From Escherichia phage vB_EcoM_OE5505, in the sequence record NC_054926.1: DNA of 64,000 bases, one strand, 5' to 3'. A program made the translations under genes and the position numbers. Shown in pieces: positions 31,440 to 43,776 of the stretch (its first letter is position 1; every line of letters begins with the position of its first letter). The notes beneath the pieces are model-generated. The model saw nothing but the letters and a program-made list of their open reading frames with translations. It was not told where the DNA came from and searched no databases.

Positions 31440-31936
31440 AAAGTTTTAATAACCTCTACAATATCGTCTTGAGAAAGACCGTTAATTAAAATATGATGTT
31501 CAGCTGGAGATTTAGAAATTTTAAAGCATGCCTCAACATCTTCTGCCATATCTGATGCACTACGATTTGGATTACTAATTCCAAGACGATGTTTTCCAGT
31601 CAAAGGATTAACGATGATATAGCATTTACAACTATTGATATGAACATTAGGTTGAGTCTGATTAATGAACACTTCACAATCATACTTAGCGAGTTGATTT
31701 TCTAAAAAGACTTTCATCTCCTCAACCGCATCAGGAAGCATATCACGGGCTTGCTCAAGACGACGATTTCGATATTCTTTAATGGTCGTTTTCCGCTTGA
31801 CTTGCTTAGCTAAATCTTTCTTAAGATCAGTGATATATCCAACTCGACGATTTCCTTTGAATACAGAAATCCCATCTGTAGTATCACCGTATGCTTCAAC
31901 GACCATTTCAGTAGTAATAAGCTGCAAATCCATCAT
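31430..31936 (-). CDS. alc: Alc (inhibitor of host transcription on cytosine DNA)
   Basis: 168-aa ORF at the T4 alc position between rnlA and pseT; assignment mainly by synteny. Confidence 0.7.
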   Translation of the reverse strand: MMDLQLITTEMVVEAYGDTTDGISVFKGNRRVGYITDLKKDLAKQVKRKTTIKEYRNRRLEQARDMLPDAVEEMKVFLENQLAKYDCEVFINQTQPNVHINSCKCYIIVNPLTGKHRLGISNPNRSASDMAEDVEACFKISKSPAEHHILINGLSQDDIVEVIKTLCM

Positions 31937-31964
31937 AAAGTCCTCATGTTATGTCAGTAAGACT

Positions 31965-31994
31965 ACTATAACACAACATAAGGAACGTGTAAAC
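31965..31994 (-). promoter_or_regulatory. T4 early-type promoter for alc
   Basis: GTTTAC -35, 17 bp, TATAGT -10; near-identical copy of the element at 16125-16175. Confidence 0.45.
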
Positions 31995-31997
31995 AGC

Positions 31998-33585
<1,588 letters not shown>

Positions 33586-33590
33586 AATAA

Positions 33591-33612
33591 AATGGGCCTT
33601 GCGGCCCACTCC
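33591..33612 (-). terminator. Hairpin between nrdB and denA
   Basis: GGGCC-TTGC-GGCCC. Confidence 0.35.
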
Positions 33613-34791
33613 TTAAAAGTATTTTTTAAAACTCATCATAACTTTATCATCAACATCATTATCAATCTGTGCAACAAGGTAAGATGACAATTCTACTTCT
33701 TGTGGCGCAGATTGAACATTATCAGAATTAAGATATTCACGAATCCAAGGATATGGATGTTTAACCGGAGCATCGGTAATTGGGCATGGAAGACCACACT
33801 GCTTCATACGAGATACAGTTAAGTAATCAATAAAGCTCCACATGCTATTTGTATTTAATCCAGGAACATCTCCATCTTTAAATAAATGAACTGCCCAATC
33901 TTTTTCTTGGCGGTTAACTTCCATGAAAATATCAACTGCTTCTTGTTCACACTCTTGAGCAATTTTAACCCATTCATCGCCATCAGTACCAGATTGAAGT
34001 TGACGAATAATATATTGGGTGCCTTTAAGGTGAAGCTGTTCATCGCGTGCAATGAACTTCATAATCTTGGCATTACCTTCCATGATTTCCATGTTCTTAT
34101 GGAAGTTAAAGGTACATGCAAAAGATACATAAAAACGAATAGCTTCCAATGCGTTGATTACATGCAAACAGAGGTAAAGAGATTTCATTAGCTCACGCTT
34201 CCAATATGTCTCATGCTCAATAGCATCTTCAATAACGTCTTCGTCTGCATTAATTTCTTTTTGGTATTCGATATCAGCTTTAGCGTTTTCCCAATAACGA
34301 GTTTTAATCAGAACATCATCATAATAACGTCCAATGGATTCAGCACGTTTCATAATAGCTTCATCTAATACAATCTCATCAAATACCTTCGATGGATCAG
34401 TATAAAGATTTCGCATGATATGAGTATATGAACGACTGTGAATAGTTTCACTAAAAGTCCATGTAGCAACCCATGTATCAAGACTTGGGTCTGAAATTAA
34501 TGACATAAGTACAGCAGACGGCGCACGACCCTGAATGCTATCTAAAAGTGATTGATACTTCAGGTTGTTAGTAAAAATATTTTGCTGGTACTGAGGAAGC
34601 TTATTAAACTGTGCAGCATCCATCATTAAGTTTACTTCTTCAGGACGCCAGAAAAATGACAACTGCTTTTCGGTTAAATCTTCAAAAACTTTATGACGTT
34701 GAATATCATAACGCGCAATACCAAGACCTGAACCAAAAAACATAGGTTCTTTTAAAACATCAACTGGGTTTGTATTAAAAACTGTGCTCAT
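33613..34791 (-). CDS. nrdB: Ribonucleotide reductase small subunit, uninterrupted
   Basis: Single 392-aa ORF with iron-centre ExxH motifs; no intron. Confidence 0.9.
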   Translation of the reverse strand: MSTVFNTNPVDVLKEPMFFGSGLGIARYDIQRHKVFEDLTEKQLSFFWRPEEVNLMMDAAQFNKLPQYQQNIFTNNLKYQSLLDSIQGRAPSAVLMSLISDPSLDTWVATWTFSETIHSRSYTHIMRNLYTDPSKVFDEIVLDEAIMKRAESIGRYYDDVLIKTRYWENAKADIEYQKEINADEDVIEDAIEHETYWKRELMKSLYLCLHVINALEAIRFYVSFACTFNFHKNMEIMEGNAKIMKFIARDEQLHLKGTQYIIRQLQSGTDGDEWVKIAQECEQEAVDIFMEVNRQEKDWAVHLFKDGDVPGLNTNSMWSFIDYLTVSRMKQCGLPCPITDAPVKHPYPWIREYLNSDNVQSAPQEVELSSYLVAQIDNDVDDKVMMSFKKYF

Positions 34792-34842
34792 AAATTTTCC
34801 ACTTAGTTAATAGATAGTGACTCGTCCATGAGTCAAATTATA

Positions 34843-37107
34843 TCATAATTTACAGGATGAACAATCTTCAGCTTTTGGAGTTTCTATTTCATAATCATCA
34901 GTACCAGAACCATCACGGGTATTATGATAATAGAAATTTTTTCCGCCAAAATACCAAAAATACAAAAGGTCATCAATCATTATTGACATTGGAACCTTTC
35001 CTTTTGGAAAAATCTGCGGGTCATAATATGTATTCGCTGAAGCTGATTGACATACCCATTTCAGCATAATAGCTACCTGCGTAAGATAAGGTTTATTACC
35101 TTTCTTAGCTAATTTCCACGTATAATCATATAGGTCTATGTTATGCTCAATATTGGGCACGACTTGATTAAAGGAGCCCTCTTTTGATTCTTTAACAGAG
35201 ACTGGTCCACGTGGAGGCTCGATACCGTTTGTACTGTTAGAAACTTGGGAAGATGACTCACATGGCATAAGTGCTGATAATGTGCTATTACGGATGCCAA
35301 AGAGCTTAAGGTCTTCCCGCAGCGCCGACCAGTCACAAACGTATTTTGGAGCTGCGATTTGGTCAATCTTTTTATTGTACCAGTCGATAGGTAATTCGCC
35401 TCGAGACCAACGAGTGTCTGAATAATATTCGCAAGGTCCTTTTTCTTTGGCGAGCTTAATGGATGCTTTAATGAGTCCATACTGTAATCTCTCAAATAGT
35501 TCATGTGTTAAATCATTAGCATCTTCATAAGAAGCAAAGTTACTTGCCAGCCAAGCTGCATAGTTGGTAACACCTACACCGAGGTTACGACGCTTTTTAG
35601 CTTTTTCTGCTTCAGGAACTGGATATCCTTGGTAATCCAACAGATTATCAAGAGCACGAACTTGAACTTCTGCCAATTCATTAATTTTATCTTGGTCTTG
35701 CCAGTCAAAATTATCTAGTACGAATGCAGAGAGAGTACACAATCCAATTTCAGCATCAGGACTATTCACATCATTTGTTGGAATAGCAATTTCACAGCAC
35801 AAGTTACTCTGGCGAATAGGTGCCTTTTCACGAATAAACGGAGTATAGTTATTCGTATTATCAATGAACTGCACATAAATCCTTGCTGTTCCTGAACGTT
35901 CAGTCATGAGCAATTCAAATAGTTCACGGGCTTTAATACGCTTTTTACGAATATTAGGGTCTTTTTCTGCTGCTTCGTATAATTCACGGAAACGGTCTTG
36001 GTCTTTAAAATAAGAATAATAAAGCTCTCCACCCATTTCATGGGGACTGAACAAAGTAATGTAATCGTTCTTTCCAAAACGTTCCATCATCAAATCATTC
36101 AGTTGAACACCATAATCCATATGACGAATGCGGTTTTCTTCTACGCCTTTGTTATTTTTCAAAACGAGAAGATTTTCAACTTCCAAATGCCAAATAGGAT
36201 AATAAGCAGTAGCAGCGCCGCCACGAATTCCACCCTGTGAACATGATTTAACTGCAGTCTGAAAATGTTTCCAAAAAGGAATAACACCAGTATGGCGTAC
36301 TTCACCCATGCCAATCTTAGAACCTTCAGCACGAATCATACCAACGTTAATACCAATTCCAGCGCGTTTAGAGATATATTCAACAATCGAAGCGGAAGCC
36401 TTATTGATAGACTTCAATGAATCTCCTGCCTCAATAACAACGCATGAACTGAACTGTCGAGTCGGAGTACGGCAACCAGCCATAATAGGAGTTGGCAGTG
36501 AAATCTGTCGAGTAGATACTGCTTCATAAAAACGAATAACATGTTTTAATCTATCAACAGGTTCATCTTGATGCAATGCCATTCCAATAGTCATAAATGC
36601 AAACTGTGGAGTTTCATAAATTTGACCAGTGGTTTTATCTTTAACTAAATATTTTTCTTTTAATTGCATCGCCCCGGAATAAGTAAATTCCATATCCCGT
36701 TCGTGCTTAATTTTTGATTCTAAAAATGTAATTTCTTCTGCTGAATATTTTGACAACAATTCAGGGTCATATTTACCTTCATTTACACAGTAAGAAATAT
36801 GGTCAATAAATGAACGTGGTTCATACTGCCCATAAACATGCTTACGAAGAGCAAACATTAAACAGCGTGCAGCTACATATTGATAATCAGGCTCTTCAAC
36901 CGAAATAGAATTCGCAGCGGCCTTAATGACAATAGTCTGAATATCATCAGTTGTCATTCCATCACGGAGATAAGATTTAATATTTTCATATAATTCATAA
37001 GGATCTACTGATGTTCCTTCAGCTGCCCAAGATAAAACTTTAATAATTTTTTGCGGGTCAAAGCTCTGAGAAACACCACTACTTTTGATAACATTAATTA
37101 ATTGCAT
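34843..37107 (-). CDS. nrdA: Ribonucleotide reductase large subunit
   Basis: 754-aa ORF, ATP-cone N-terminus and class I RNR features. Confidence 0.9.
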   Translation of the reverse strand: MQLINVIKSSGVSQSFDPQKIIKVLSWAAEGTSVDPYELYENIKSYLRDGMTTDDIQTIVIKAAANSISVEEPDYQYVAARCLMFALRKHVYGQYEPRSFIDHISYCVNEGKYDPELLSKYSAEEITFLESKIKHERDMEFTYSGAMQLKEKYLVKDKTTGQIYETPQFAFMTIGMALHQDEPVDRLKHVIRFYEAVSTRQISLPTPIMAGCRTPTRQFSSCVVIEAGDSLKSINKASASIVEYISKRAGIGINVGMIRAEGSKIGMGEVRHTGVIPFWKHFQTAVKSCSQGGIRGGAATAYYPIWHLEVENLLVLKNNKGVEENRIRHMDYGVQLNDLMMERFGKNDYITLFSPHEMGGELYYSYFKDQDRFRELYEAAEKDPNIRKKRIKARELFELLMTERSGTARIYVQFIDNTNNYTPFIREKAPIRQSNLCCEIAIPTNDVNSPDAEIGLCTLSAFVLDNFDWQDQDKINELAEVQVRALDNLLDYQGYPVPEAEKAKKRRNLGVGVTNYAAWLASNFASYEDANDLTHELFERLQYGLIKASIKLAKEKGPCEYYSDTRWSRGELPIDWYNKKIDQIAAPKYVCDWSALREDLKLFGIRNSTLSALMPCESSSQVSNSTNGIEPPRGPVSVKESKEGSFNQVVPNIEHNIDLYDYTWKLAKKGNKPYLTQVAIMLKWVCQSASANTYYDPQIFPKGKVPMSIMIDDLLYFWYFGGKNFYYHNTRDGSGTDDYEIETPKAEDCSSCKL

Positions 37108-37424
37108 AAGTCCTCAACTTGAAAATCGTCTTTAAACAGTCGGTTAACTATATGAGCTATTATATCACCATGACACGGCTTTGGTTTACATGTGCATCCT
37201 AGCCTCATTCCACGTAAAGGCTCTAAATGCGCTTTAGTTATTTCTCCGGATTTAATTCGACGTATAAAATCTTTTTTGAATAATTCAATGGCAGCCTCCC
37301 GGCTGCCAGCATCTTTACCGACGTAATTTCCCCAAAATGTACCACGGTGAATATTAACATCAAAGTCGGATTTATATTTATTCACTACCTGGCATAGACG
37401 GCCCGCGCGGTGATAATTCGTCAT
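37098..37424 (-). CDS. Hypothetical protein (nrdA.1 position)
   Basis: 108-aa ORF. Confidence 0.5.
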   Translation of the reverse strand: MTNYHRAGRLCQVVNKYKSDFDVNIHRGTFWGNYVGKDAGSREAAIELFKKDFIRRIKSGEITKAHLEPLRGMRLGCTCKPKPCHGDIIAHIVNRLFKDDFQVEDLCN

Positions 37425-37641
37425 ATTGTTTTTCCGTTAAAACAGTAATATCATAGTAACAATCTGAAGAAGTTTTAACTGTAGAAATTTTATTATCAAA
37501 ATACTCACGAGTCATTTTATGAGTATAATATTTTTTGCCATAAATGATAATAGGCTGATTTGGTCCTGGAACTTCTAACTCACTTGGGTTAGGAAGTGTA
37601 AAAAGAACTACACCAGAAGTATCTTTAAATCGTAAAATCAT
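37378..37641 (-). CDS. Hypothetical protein (nrdA.2 position)
   Basis: 87-aa ORF. Confidence 0.45.
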   Translation of the reverse strand: MILRFKDTSGVVLFTLPNPSELEVPGPNQPIIIYGKKYYTHKMTREYFDNKISTVKTSSDCYYDITVLTEKQYDELSPRGPSMPGSE

Positions 37642-37664
37642 AAATCCTCACAATTAAATTAAAA

Positions 37665-38525
37665 TTACACCGCCATTTTTCCTTTAATAGGAGGGTGTGA
37701 TTCATAGTTGTTAAGAACAAAATTATGCGGCTTTGCGAATTGACTCAACCAAAATACCTGCGATTCTGTGTCCCATTCATCAAATTCATCTGGAAATTTT
37801 AATTGCAATTCGCATAAATCCATAGGTTCACGACGTAAAATTTCTTTACATTGTTCTACGTGATTCATATAGATATGAGTATTACCACCGGAAAATATCA
37901 AATCTCCCGGAATAAGATTACACATCTTAGCTACAATATGAACTAACGCAGCATATGATGCAATGTTGAATGGCAAGCCCAAGAACACGTCAACACTTCT
38001 TTGATACCACTGTAAATCCAAATAGCCATTACGCACATTAAATTGATAGAACATATGACAAGGCGGTAATGCCATCTGCTTGAGTTCAGCTGGATTCCAT
38101 GCAGAAACAATTTGACGCCTATCATTTGGCAGTTTTTTAATACGATCAATAACTTCTATAATTTGGTCTACACCGCCAAAATCACGCCACTGTTTTCCAT
38201 AAATTGGACCAAGTTCACCGCTATTGTATCCTAAATCTTTTGCTTGATTTTCGTAATTTTCATCCCAGACTGTTTTGCCTTGGATTAACGAATCATGTTG
38301 AATTAATCGCAAATCATTGACATTTGTGCTTCCCGATAAAAACCATATTAGCTCAGCAATGCAAGCTTTCCAGGCGAGCTTCTTAGTTGTTACTGCAGGA
38401 AAACCTTTAGTTAAATCCCAGCGTAATTTAGTACCGAACAAAGCAATTGTTCCTGTGCCTGTTCGGTCATCGGTTTCATAGCCATTTTCAAAAATGTCTT
38501 TAATTAAATCTTGGTATTGTTTCAT
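37665..38525 (-). CDS. td: Thymidylate synthase, uninterrupted
   Basis: Single 286-aa ORF with the active-site PPCH motif; no intron. Confidence 0.9.
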   Translation of the reverse strand: MKQYQDLIKDIFENGYETDDRTGTGTIALFGTKLRWDLTKGFPAVTTKKLAWKACIAELIWFLSGSTNVNDLRLIQHDSLIQGKTVWDENYENQAKDLGYNSGELGPIYGKQWRDFGGVDQIIEVIDRIKKLPNDRRQIVSAWNPAELKQMALPPCHMFYQFNVRNGYLDLQWYQRSVDVFLGLPFNIASYAALVHIVAKMCNLIPGDLIFSGGNTHIYMNHVEQCKEILRREPMDLCELQLKFPDEFDEWDTESQVFWLSQFAKPHNFVLNNYESHPPIKGKMAV

Positions 38526-38570
38526 TTAGTACCTTATATAAATTATAATACATTTTATGAAGCTAAATAA

Positions 38571-38930
38571 TCAATACGGTTTAGCATCAAATTTTCTCTC
38601 AATTTCAGGTGTGAAATATAATTCTTTACCACGTTTGGAAAAGCGACCAATAATATGATAATTATTCTCATCAAACATGATATTACCAATATCCATAGCT
38701 TTCAACCAAATATCGATATTTCTATCCAGCTTTATGTCAAAATTCCAATACGGAGAACTATTACCGAAAATACTGCAAGCGGATTCAGTGAAACAACTGC
38801 TATAAATCTTGTCTTTAGGAACTACTAATTGATAGACACCTTTAATAAACTGAGGACCTTGCCATTTTGGCTGTTTCGCGTCTTCTTCTAATAGAATAGG
38901 GTAATAATTAAAATTCATATTTTCCGCCAC
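38571..38930 (-). CDS. Hypothetical 115-119-aa protein inserted between frd and td
   Basis: ORF with weak initiation signals (GTG at 38930 or ATG at 38918); no motif recognised. Confidence 0.4.
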   Translation of the reverse strand: MAENMNFNYYPILLEEDAKQPKWQGPQFIKGVYQLVVPKDKIYSSCFTESACSIFGNSSPYWNFDIKLDRNIDIWLKAMDIGNIMFDENNYHIIGRFSKRGKELYFTPEIERKFDAKPY

Positions 38931-38938
38931 GCGTTATT

Positions 38939-39765
<827 letters not shown>

Positions 39766-39775
39766 ATTATTTTCC

Positions 39776-40018
39776 TTAAACAGACTTTTTCACAATTTTC
39801 CAATCAGCTTTAAACTGCTCGACGTCAGAATGGTAAATCCAAAATCCTGCGCTTTCTCCATCCTCATAAAGAGGGCATCCATCACATTCATCTTCCCATC
39901 CCATGCCACGTAAAAGATGTTCAGCTTTTTCAACAAGTTCAGAATCTTTACCGATGATATTAAAATACCATTTACCTCTAACTTCTGAATCTTTGATGCT
40001 CTGGCGTTGTAATCTCAT
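39776..40018 (-). CDS. Hypothetical protein (frd.2 position)
   Basis: 80-aa ORF with upstream early-type promoter. Confidence 0.45.
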   Translation of the reverse strand: MRLQRQSIKDSEVRGKWYFNIIGKDSELVEKAEHLLRGMGWEDECDGCPLYEDGESAGFWIYHSDVEQFKADWKIVKKSV

Positions 40019-40127
40019 TTTATTCTCCTTAGCAAGCTTTAATCAAAAGATATAAACAGACCAACATAACTGCTGCCATAATATAAGGTGCGAACATTTT
40101 CTTTTCTCCATTAGTTTTGATAGGGTA

Positions 40128-40157
40128 ATAGTATCACACTACTACCCTTCTGTAAAC
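40128..40157 (-). promoter_or_regulatory. T4 early-type promoter
   Basis: GTTTAC -35, 18 bp, TACTAT -10 on the - strand. Confidence 0.4.
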
Positions 40158-40522
40158 TACTTTTTGAAAGTTTTTCGCAAAAGTTCAATGATTTCATCTA
40201 CATTGTTTTCGTCAACAATGCAGTGAATTTTTGTTACGCCAGAAACTTTGTCTTTGACTTCATCTTCTTCAGAAGTCGGTTCTTTATACTCACGAAAACA
40301 ATGAAATTCGTCTTCACAAACGTTAAAGTAAAAATGCTTTCCATTTGCGCATTCAATGTGTTTTATTACTCTAAATCCATCAACAAAGAAAGCTTCTTTA
40401 ACTTCAAACCATCCGCCATTTTCTTGAATAATTTTAACTATTGCTGAATTAGAACGTGGGCGATAATTAATAAATGTATCAATAAGTCTTGGAACAAGTT
40501 CATACTTTTTACCGATATACAT
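40157..40522 (-). CDS. Hypothetical 121-aa protein (frd.3 position)
   Basis: ORF. Confidence 0.5.
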   Translation of the reverse strand: MYIGKKYELVPRLIDTFINYRPRSNSAIVKIIQENGGWFEVKEAFFVDGFRVIKHIECANGKHFYFNVCEDEFHCFREYKEPTSEEDEVKDKVSGVTKIHCIVDENNVDEIIELLRKTFKK

Positions 40523-40566
40523 TATGTTTTCCTCATTTTAACGGGGCTGTAATAGCCCCTTGATAA

Positions 40567-40794
40567 TTATTGTTCAATCAATCCCATGTAAAATTCTGCG
40601 TCTTCAGAATCCATACCATCACAATATTCATTAGCCATAAAGCGGGTGAGGTCTTCAAGAGGACCTTCAATAACGATTTGAATACTCCAAAAATTAGAAT
40701 CTTGCACGCTTGTGATACTAAGTTCAGGATAACGATTACGAATAATTTCTTCGATATATTCAAAATCAACGATGTCAATATCAACTTTAGCCAT
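40567..40794 (-). CDS. Hypothetical acidic protein, about 75 aa
   Basis: ATG at 40794 follows AAGAGGAAAA; the track TTG start at 40857 lies upstream of the promoter -10. Confidence 0.45.
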   Translation of the reverse strand: MAKVDIDIVDFEYIEEIIRNRYPELSITSVQDSNFWSIQIVIEGPLEDLTRFMANEYCDGMDSEDAEFYMGLIEQ

Positions 40795-40832
40795 ATTATT
40801 TTCCTCTTTAATCATCAGCAGTATTGCCGATA

Positions 40833-40867
40833 GTTGTATAGTACCATGGAAGGACAAGGATGTAAAC
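40833..40867 (-). promoter_or_regulatory. T4 early-type promoter
   Basis: GTTTAC, 18 bp, TGGTACTATAC extended -10, with an upstream A/T-rich tract. Confidence 0.45.
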
Positions 40868-40887
40868 AGTTTTGTGAAAAAATTTTT

Positions 40888-40915
40888 GAAATAAAAAGGG
40901 GACCTCTAGGGTCCC
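40888..40915 (-). terminator. Terminator downstream of gene 32
   Basis: GGGGACC-TCTA-GGTCCCC hairpin followed by a T-run on the - strand. Confidence 0.6.
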
Positions 40916-40938
40916 CAATTAATTAGTAATATAATCTA

Positions 40939-41844
40939 TTAAAGGTCATTCAAAAGGTCATCTAGGTCCGTGTCATCAGCACTAGATGAACTGCCAGAGC
41001 TTGAGCTCATAAAATCATCTTCAGTTTTTGTATTGAAGTCATCAACATTGAATGCATCCAAATCATCAGCAACTTTATCAGCTTTCTTAGCAGCAGTTGC
41101 AGCAGCACCGCCCATCACAGCAGTTCCCATAACTTGACCGAATTTAGTGCTCAGTTCTTCAAACGATTTGAATTTATCTTTAGAAGTCATTTCAGAAAGG
41201 TCAACCATTTGTTCGAACAGTTCTTTCTGGAAAGATTCATCGTCAATGTTTGGAATCGCAGATTGATTCAGGAATTTAGATTCGTCGTAGTTACTAAATC
41301 CAGAAACCTGTTTAACTTTCAGTACAAAGTTAGCACCTTCCCACGGACAAGTTACATCAACCGGAGTTTCACCCATTTCAACATCAACCGCAATCATCGC
41401 GTTGATTTTATCCCAGATTTTCTTACCGAAACGATATTTAAATACTTTACCTTCATTTTCTGGAGCAGCTGGGTCTTTTACAACAAGAATATTAGCCCAG
41501 TAAGAAGTTTTACGTTTAACAAGACTGTACTCTTTATTGTCAGTGTTGTACAGATCATTTTTACTGATGTACTGACATACTGGACAAGAATCGTAATCAC
41601 CATGGGTAGATGAACATGTTTCAATATACCATTTACCATTTTTCTTGAAACCGTGATTTACAAGAATTGCGAATGGTGCTTGTTCATCATTTTTAGACGG
41701 AAGAAAACGAATTACTGCTTGACCGTTACCCGCATTATCGAGTTTCAGTTTCCACTCGCCTTTATCTTCAGAAGAAAAACCTTTATTGCCATTCAGTTTA
41801 GCCATTTGTGCAGCAAGTTCAGCAGTAGATTTACGTTTAAACAT
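40939..41844 (-). CDS. 32: Single-stranded DNA-binding protein gp32
   Basis: 301-aa ORF matching T4 gp32, including the acidic Ser/Asp-rich C-terminal tail. Confidence 0.9.
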
Positions 41845-41898
41845 TTTATTTCCTTTTTAATTTAATTTAATTAACAGTTGGTGCTATGACACTTTACC

Positions 41899-42531
41899 TC
41901 ATAGCTGGCATAATTCGCAATACTCTGGGTCTTCGAGAGGTATCCAACCTGAGTTGAAATACTTTACCATCGATTTAGCAGTTGTATCAGTTATATTTAT
42001 ATTACCTTTAACTCTTCGCCATCCAGGAGTTTTACCGTACAGATTAGAGGATAATAATAACACATAATTCTCGTAAGCAATATGAGATAATTTCCAAGAC
42101 TCTATATTAGCTCGTGATGTTTTCCAAGGTCTAAAATCGTCACGGTTCATATAATTAGCCAATCTCATATGCTCTCTAACTTCCGGGTCTTTGGCTGGAT
42201 GAGTTTCACCACTCACACCAAATCCACCACCAGCATATACCAGATTAAAATAGTCTGGATTATCTCTGGCATTTACTTCAAGTTGGTATTTTCGTTCTGC
42301 TTCAATAACATCCAAGTCATCATCAATTTGAATTATTTTAACGCTCGGTTTTTGAAGCATTAGCGCATTCAAAAATCTTTTTTGTTTACATGAGCTCCAG
42401 TATTCCTTTCCGGAAGAGTCATATATTATTCCGTTCTCAAATGAGCAATTTAATTTACTACCGATATAATAGTATGGCGGAGTCTTATTTTTGACACGGT
42501 CTTCAAATGTAAACCAATATACTATATTCAT
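41899..42531 (-). CDS. Hypothetical 210-aa protein between genes 32 and 59, possibly a degenerate GIY-YIG-type endonuclease
   Basis: N-terminal IVYWFTF…(9 aa)…YYYIGSK loosely resembles a GIY…YIG motif; it sits where T4 carries a freestanding homing endonuclease. Confidence 0.45.
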   Translation of the reverse strand: MNIVYWFTFEDRVKNKTPPYYYIGSKLNCSFENGIIYDSSGKEYWSSCKQKRFLNALMLQKPSVKIIQIDDDLDVIEAERKYQLEVNARDNPDYFNLVYAGGGFGVSGETHPAKDPEVREHMRLANYMNRDDFRPWKTSRANIESWKLSHIAYENYVLLLSSNLYGKTPGWRRVKGNINITDTTAKSMVKYFNSGWIPLEDPEYCELCQL

Positions 42532-42532
42532 A

Positions 42533-43186
42533 TCAATACTTGCAAGATTTCACAGTTTCAATGAAAACATTTTTAGCTTTCTGTGAATCAATATTTAAAA
42601 TTTTTCTATAAGCCTTTAACTTTATAGAATAATTATTCCAGACTAAATTATCAGTCTGTTCATCATGTTTATCAATTATATTTAAAAACGAATCAAGCAA
42701 GATAAACGTCTCAAACGAAATTATGTTCGATTGAAGTAGTTTAAAAATATAACTTGATTGAACTTTTGGATTATATTCAAAAATTTCTTTAAAAGCAGAA
42801 ACTTCAACTTTTTTACTGAAATAGTAAATGTTGCGAATATCTTCTTCAAACTTAAATTTAATTTGCTTCAAGCGTCCGATATATTCACGATAAAACACAA
42901 GTGCATCAGCGTCAGAGATGTCACCAATCCAAGCATCTTGGTTAGCTACAAGATTGCTAATAAAAATTAAAGTTAATTCTTTTAATTTATACTTTTCTGA
43001 TAGCTTTTGGAAAAAATACTTATCCCTTCGCTTTTGATAAGCGGCATCAGACACCCGCATGCACCAATTATACTTAATTACATCATACTTTCCATTCATA
43101 TGTTGTTTTATCATTAAGTATAATTTATAAACTGATTTACCATCAATGTATCTTTCACCACCAGCAGGCATGCGGAGTTTAATCAT
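42533..43186 (-). CDS. 59: Helicase loader gp59
   Basis: 217-aa ORF at the conserved position. Confidence 0.8.
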   Translation of the reverse strand: MIKLRMPAGGERYIDGKSVYKLYLMIKQHMNGKYDVIKYNWCMRVSDAAYQKRRDKYFFQKLSEKYKLKELTLIFISNLVANQDAWIGDISDADALVFYREYIGRLKQIKFKFEEDIRNIYYFSKKVEVSAFKEIFEYNPKVQSSYIFKLLQSNIISFETFILLDSFLNIIDKHDEQTDNLVWNNYSIKLKAYRKILNIDSQKAKNVFIETVKSCKY

Positions 43187-43521
43187 AGTAGAAAATCTAA
43201 TGTATTAGTTTTTTCACAACGAACAACAGAAGGACGCAAAAGATTTTCGTCGATAGCTTCTGACTGAATTTTTTCAATTATACCCGAAGGAATAAATTTA
43301 GCAAATTGAGTTTCAGGAATAGAGTTTTCTTCTAAGAATGCTGTTGTAGCTTCAAGATAACTCATTCCAAACTCTTCTACCATTTTTTCAATAATAAATC
43401 CATTTTCTTGACGATCAAGAAGCTTTGCTATTTCATCCTTTTCTTTCTTGATTGAAAGTTCTTTTTCTGAAAGACCGGTCTCATCGACCGGACGAATGTC
43501 ATTTAGAGAAAACTGTGTCAT
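43183..43521 (-). CDS. 33: Late transcription accessory protein gp33
   Basis: 112 aa from MTQFSLNDIRPVDETGLSEKEL; track start is TTG at 43530. Confidence 0.85.
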   Translation of the reverse strand: MTQFSLNDIRPVDETGLSEKELSIKKEKDEIAKLLDRQENGFIIEKMVEEFGMSYLEATTAFLEENSIPETQFAKFIPSGIIEKIQSEAIDENLLRPSVVRCEKTNTLDFLL

Positions 43522-43768
43522 AAAGTTCAACTACCTCTTCAGTTTCAGCTTCAAACACATCACGGTTATCTTTATGATACAAAGCTAATAGACGATTAAA
43601 CATCTTACCATCAACGCCAAGTTCATCTTTGGCACGAATTCGAATATCTTTAATCAGTTCATTATAACCGGAAATTTTCAGTTTATGATCAGATGCTTCT
43701 TTAATAAATTTAGCCAAGTCTTCGCCATGGATAGCTTCATCAAATTCAACCATTTCTTTTTTAGCCAT
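43499..43768 (-). CDS. dsbA: Double-stranded DNA-binding protein DsbA
   Basis: 89-aa ORF matching T4 DsbA. Confidence 0.8.
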   Translation of the reverse strand: MAKKEMVEFDEAIHGEDLAKFIKEASDHKLKISGYNELIKDIRIRAKDELGVDGKMFNRLLALYHKDNRDVFEAETEEVVELYDTVFSK

Positions 43769-43776
43769 TATTCACC

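Noticed and set aside
34857-36529. Several ORFs of 70-122 aa on either strand inside nrdA
   Set aside because: Embedded in the 754-aa ribonucleotide reductase gene, whose product is unambiguous.
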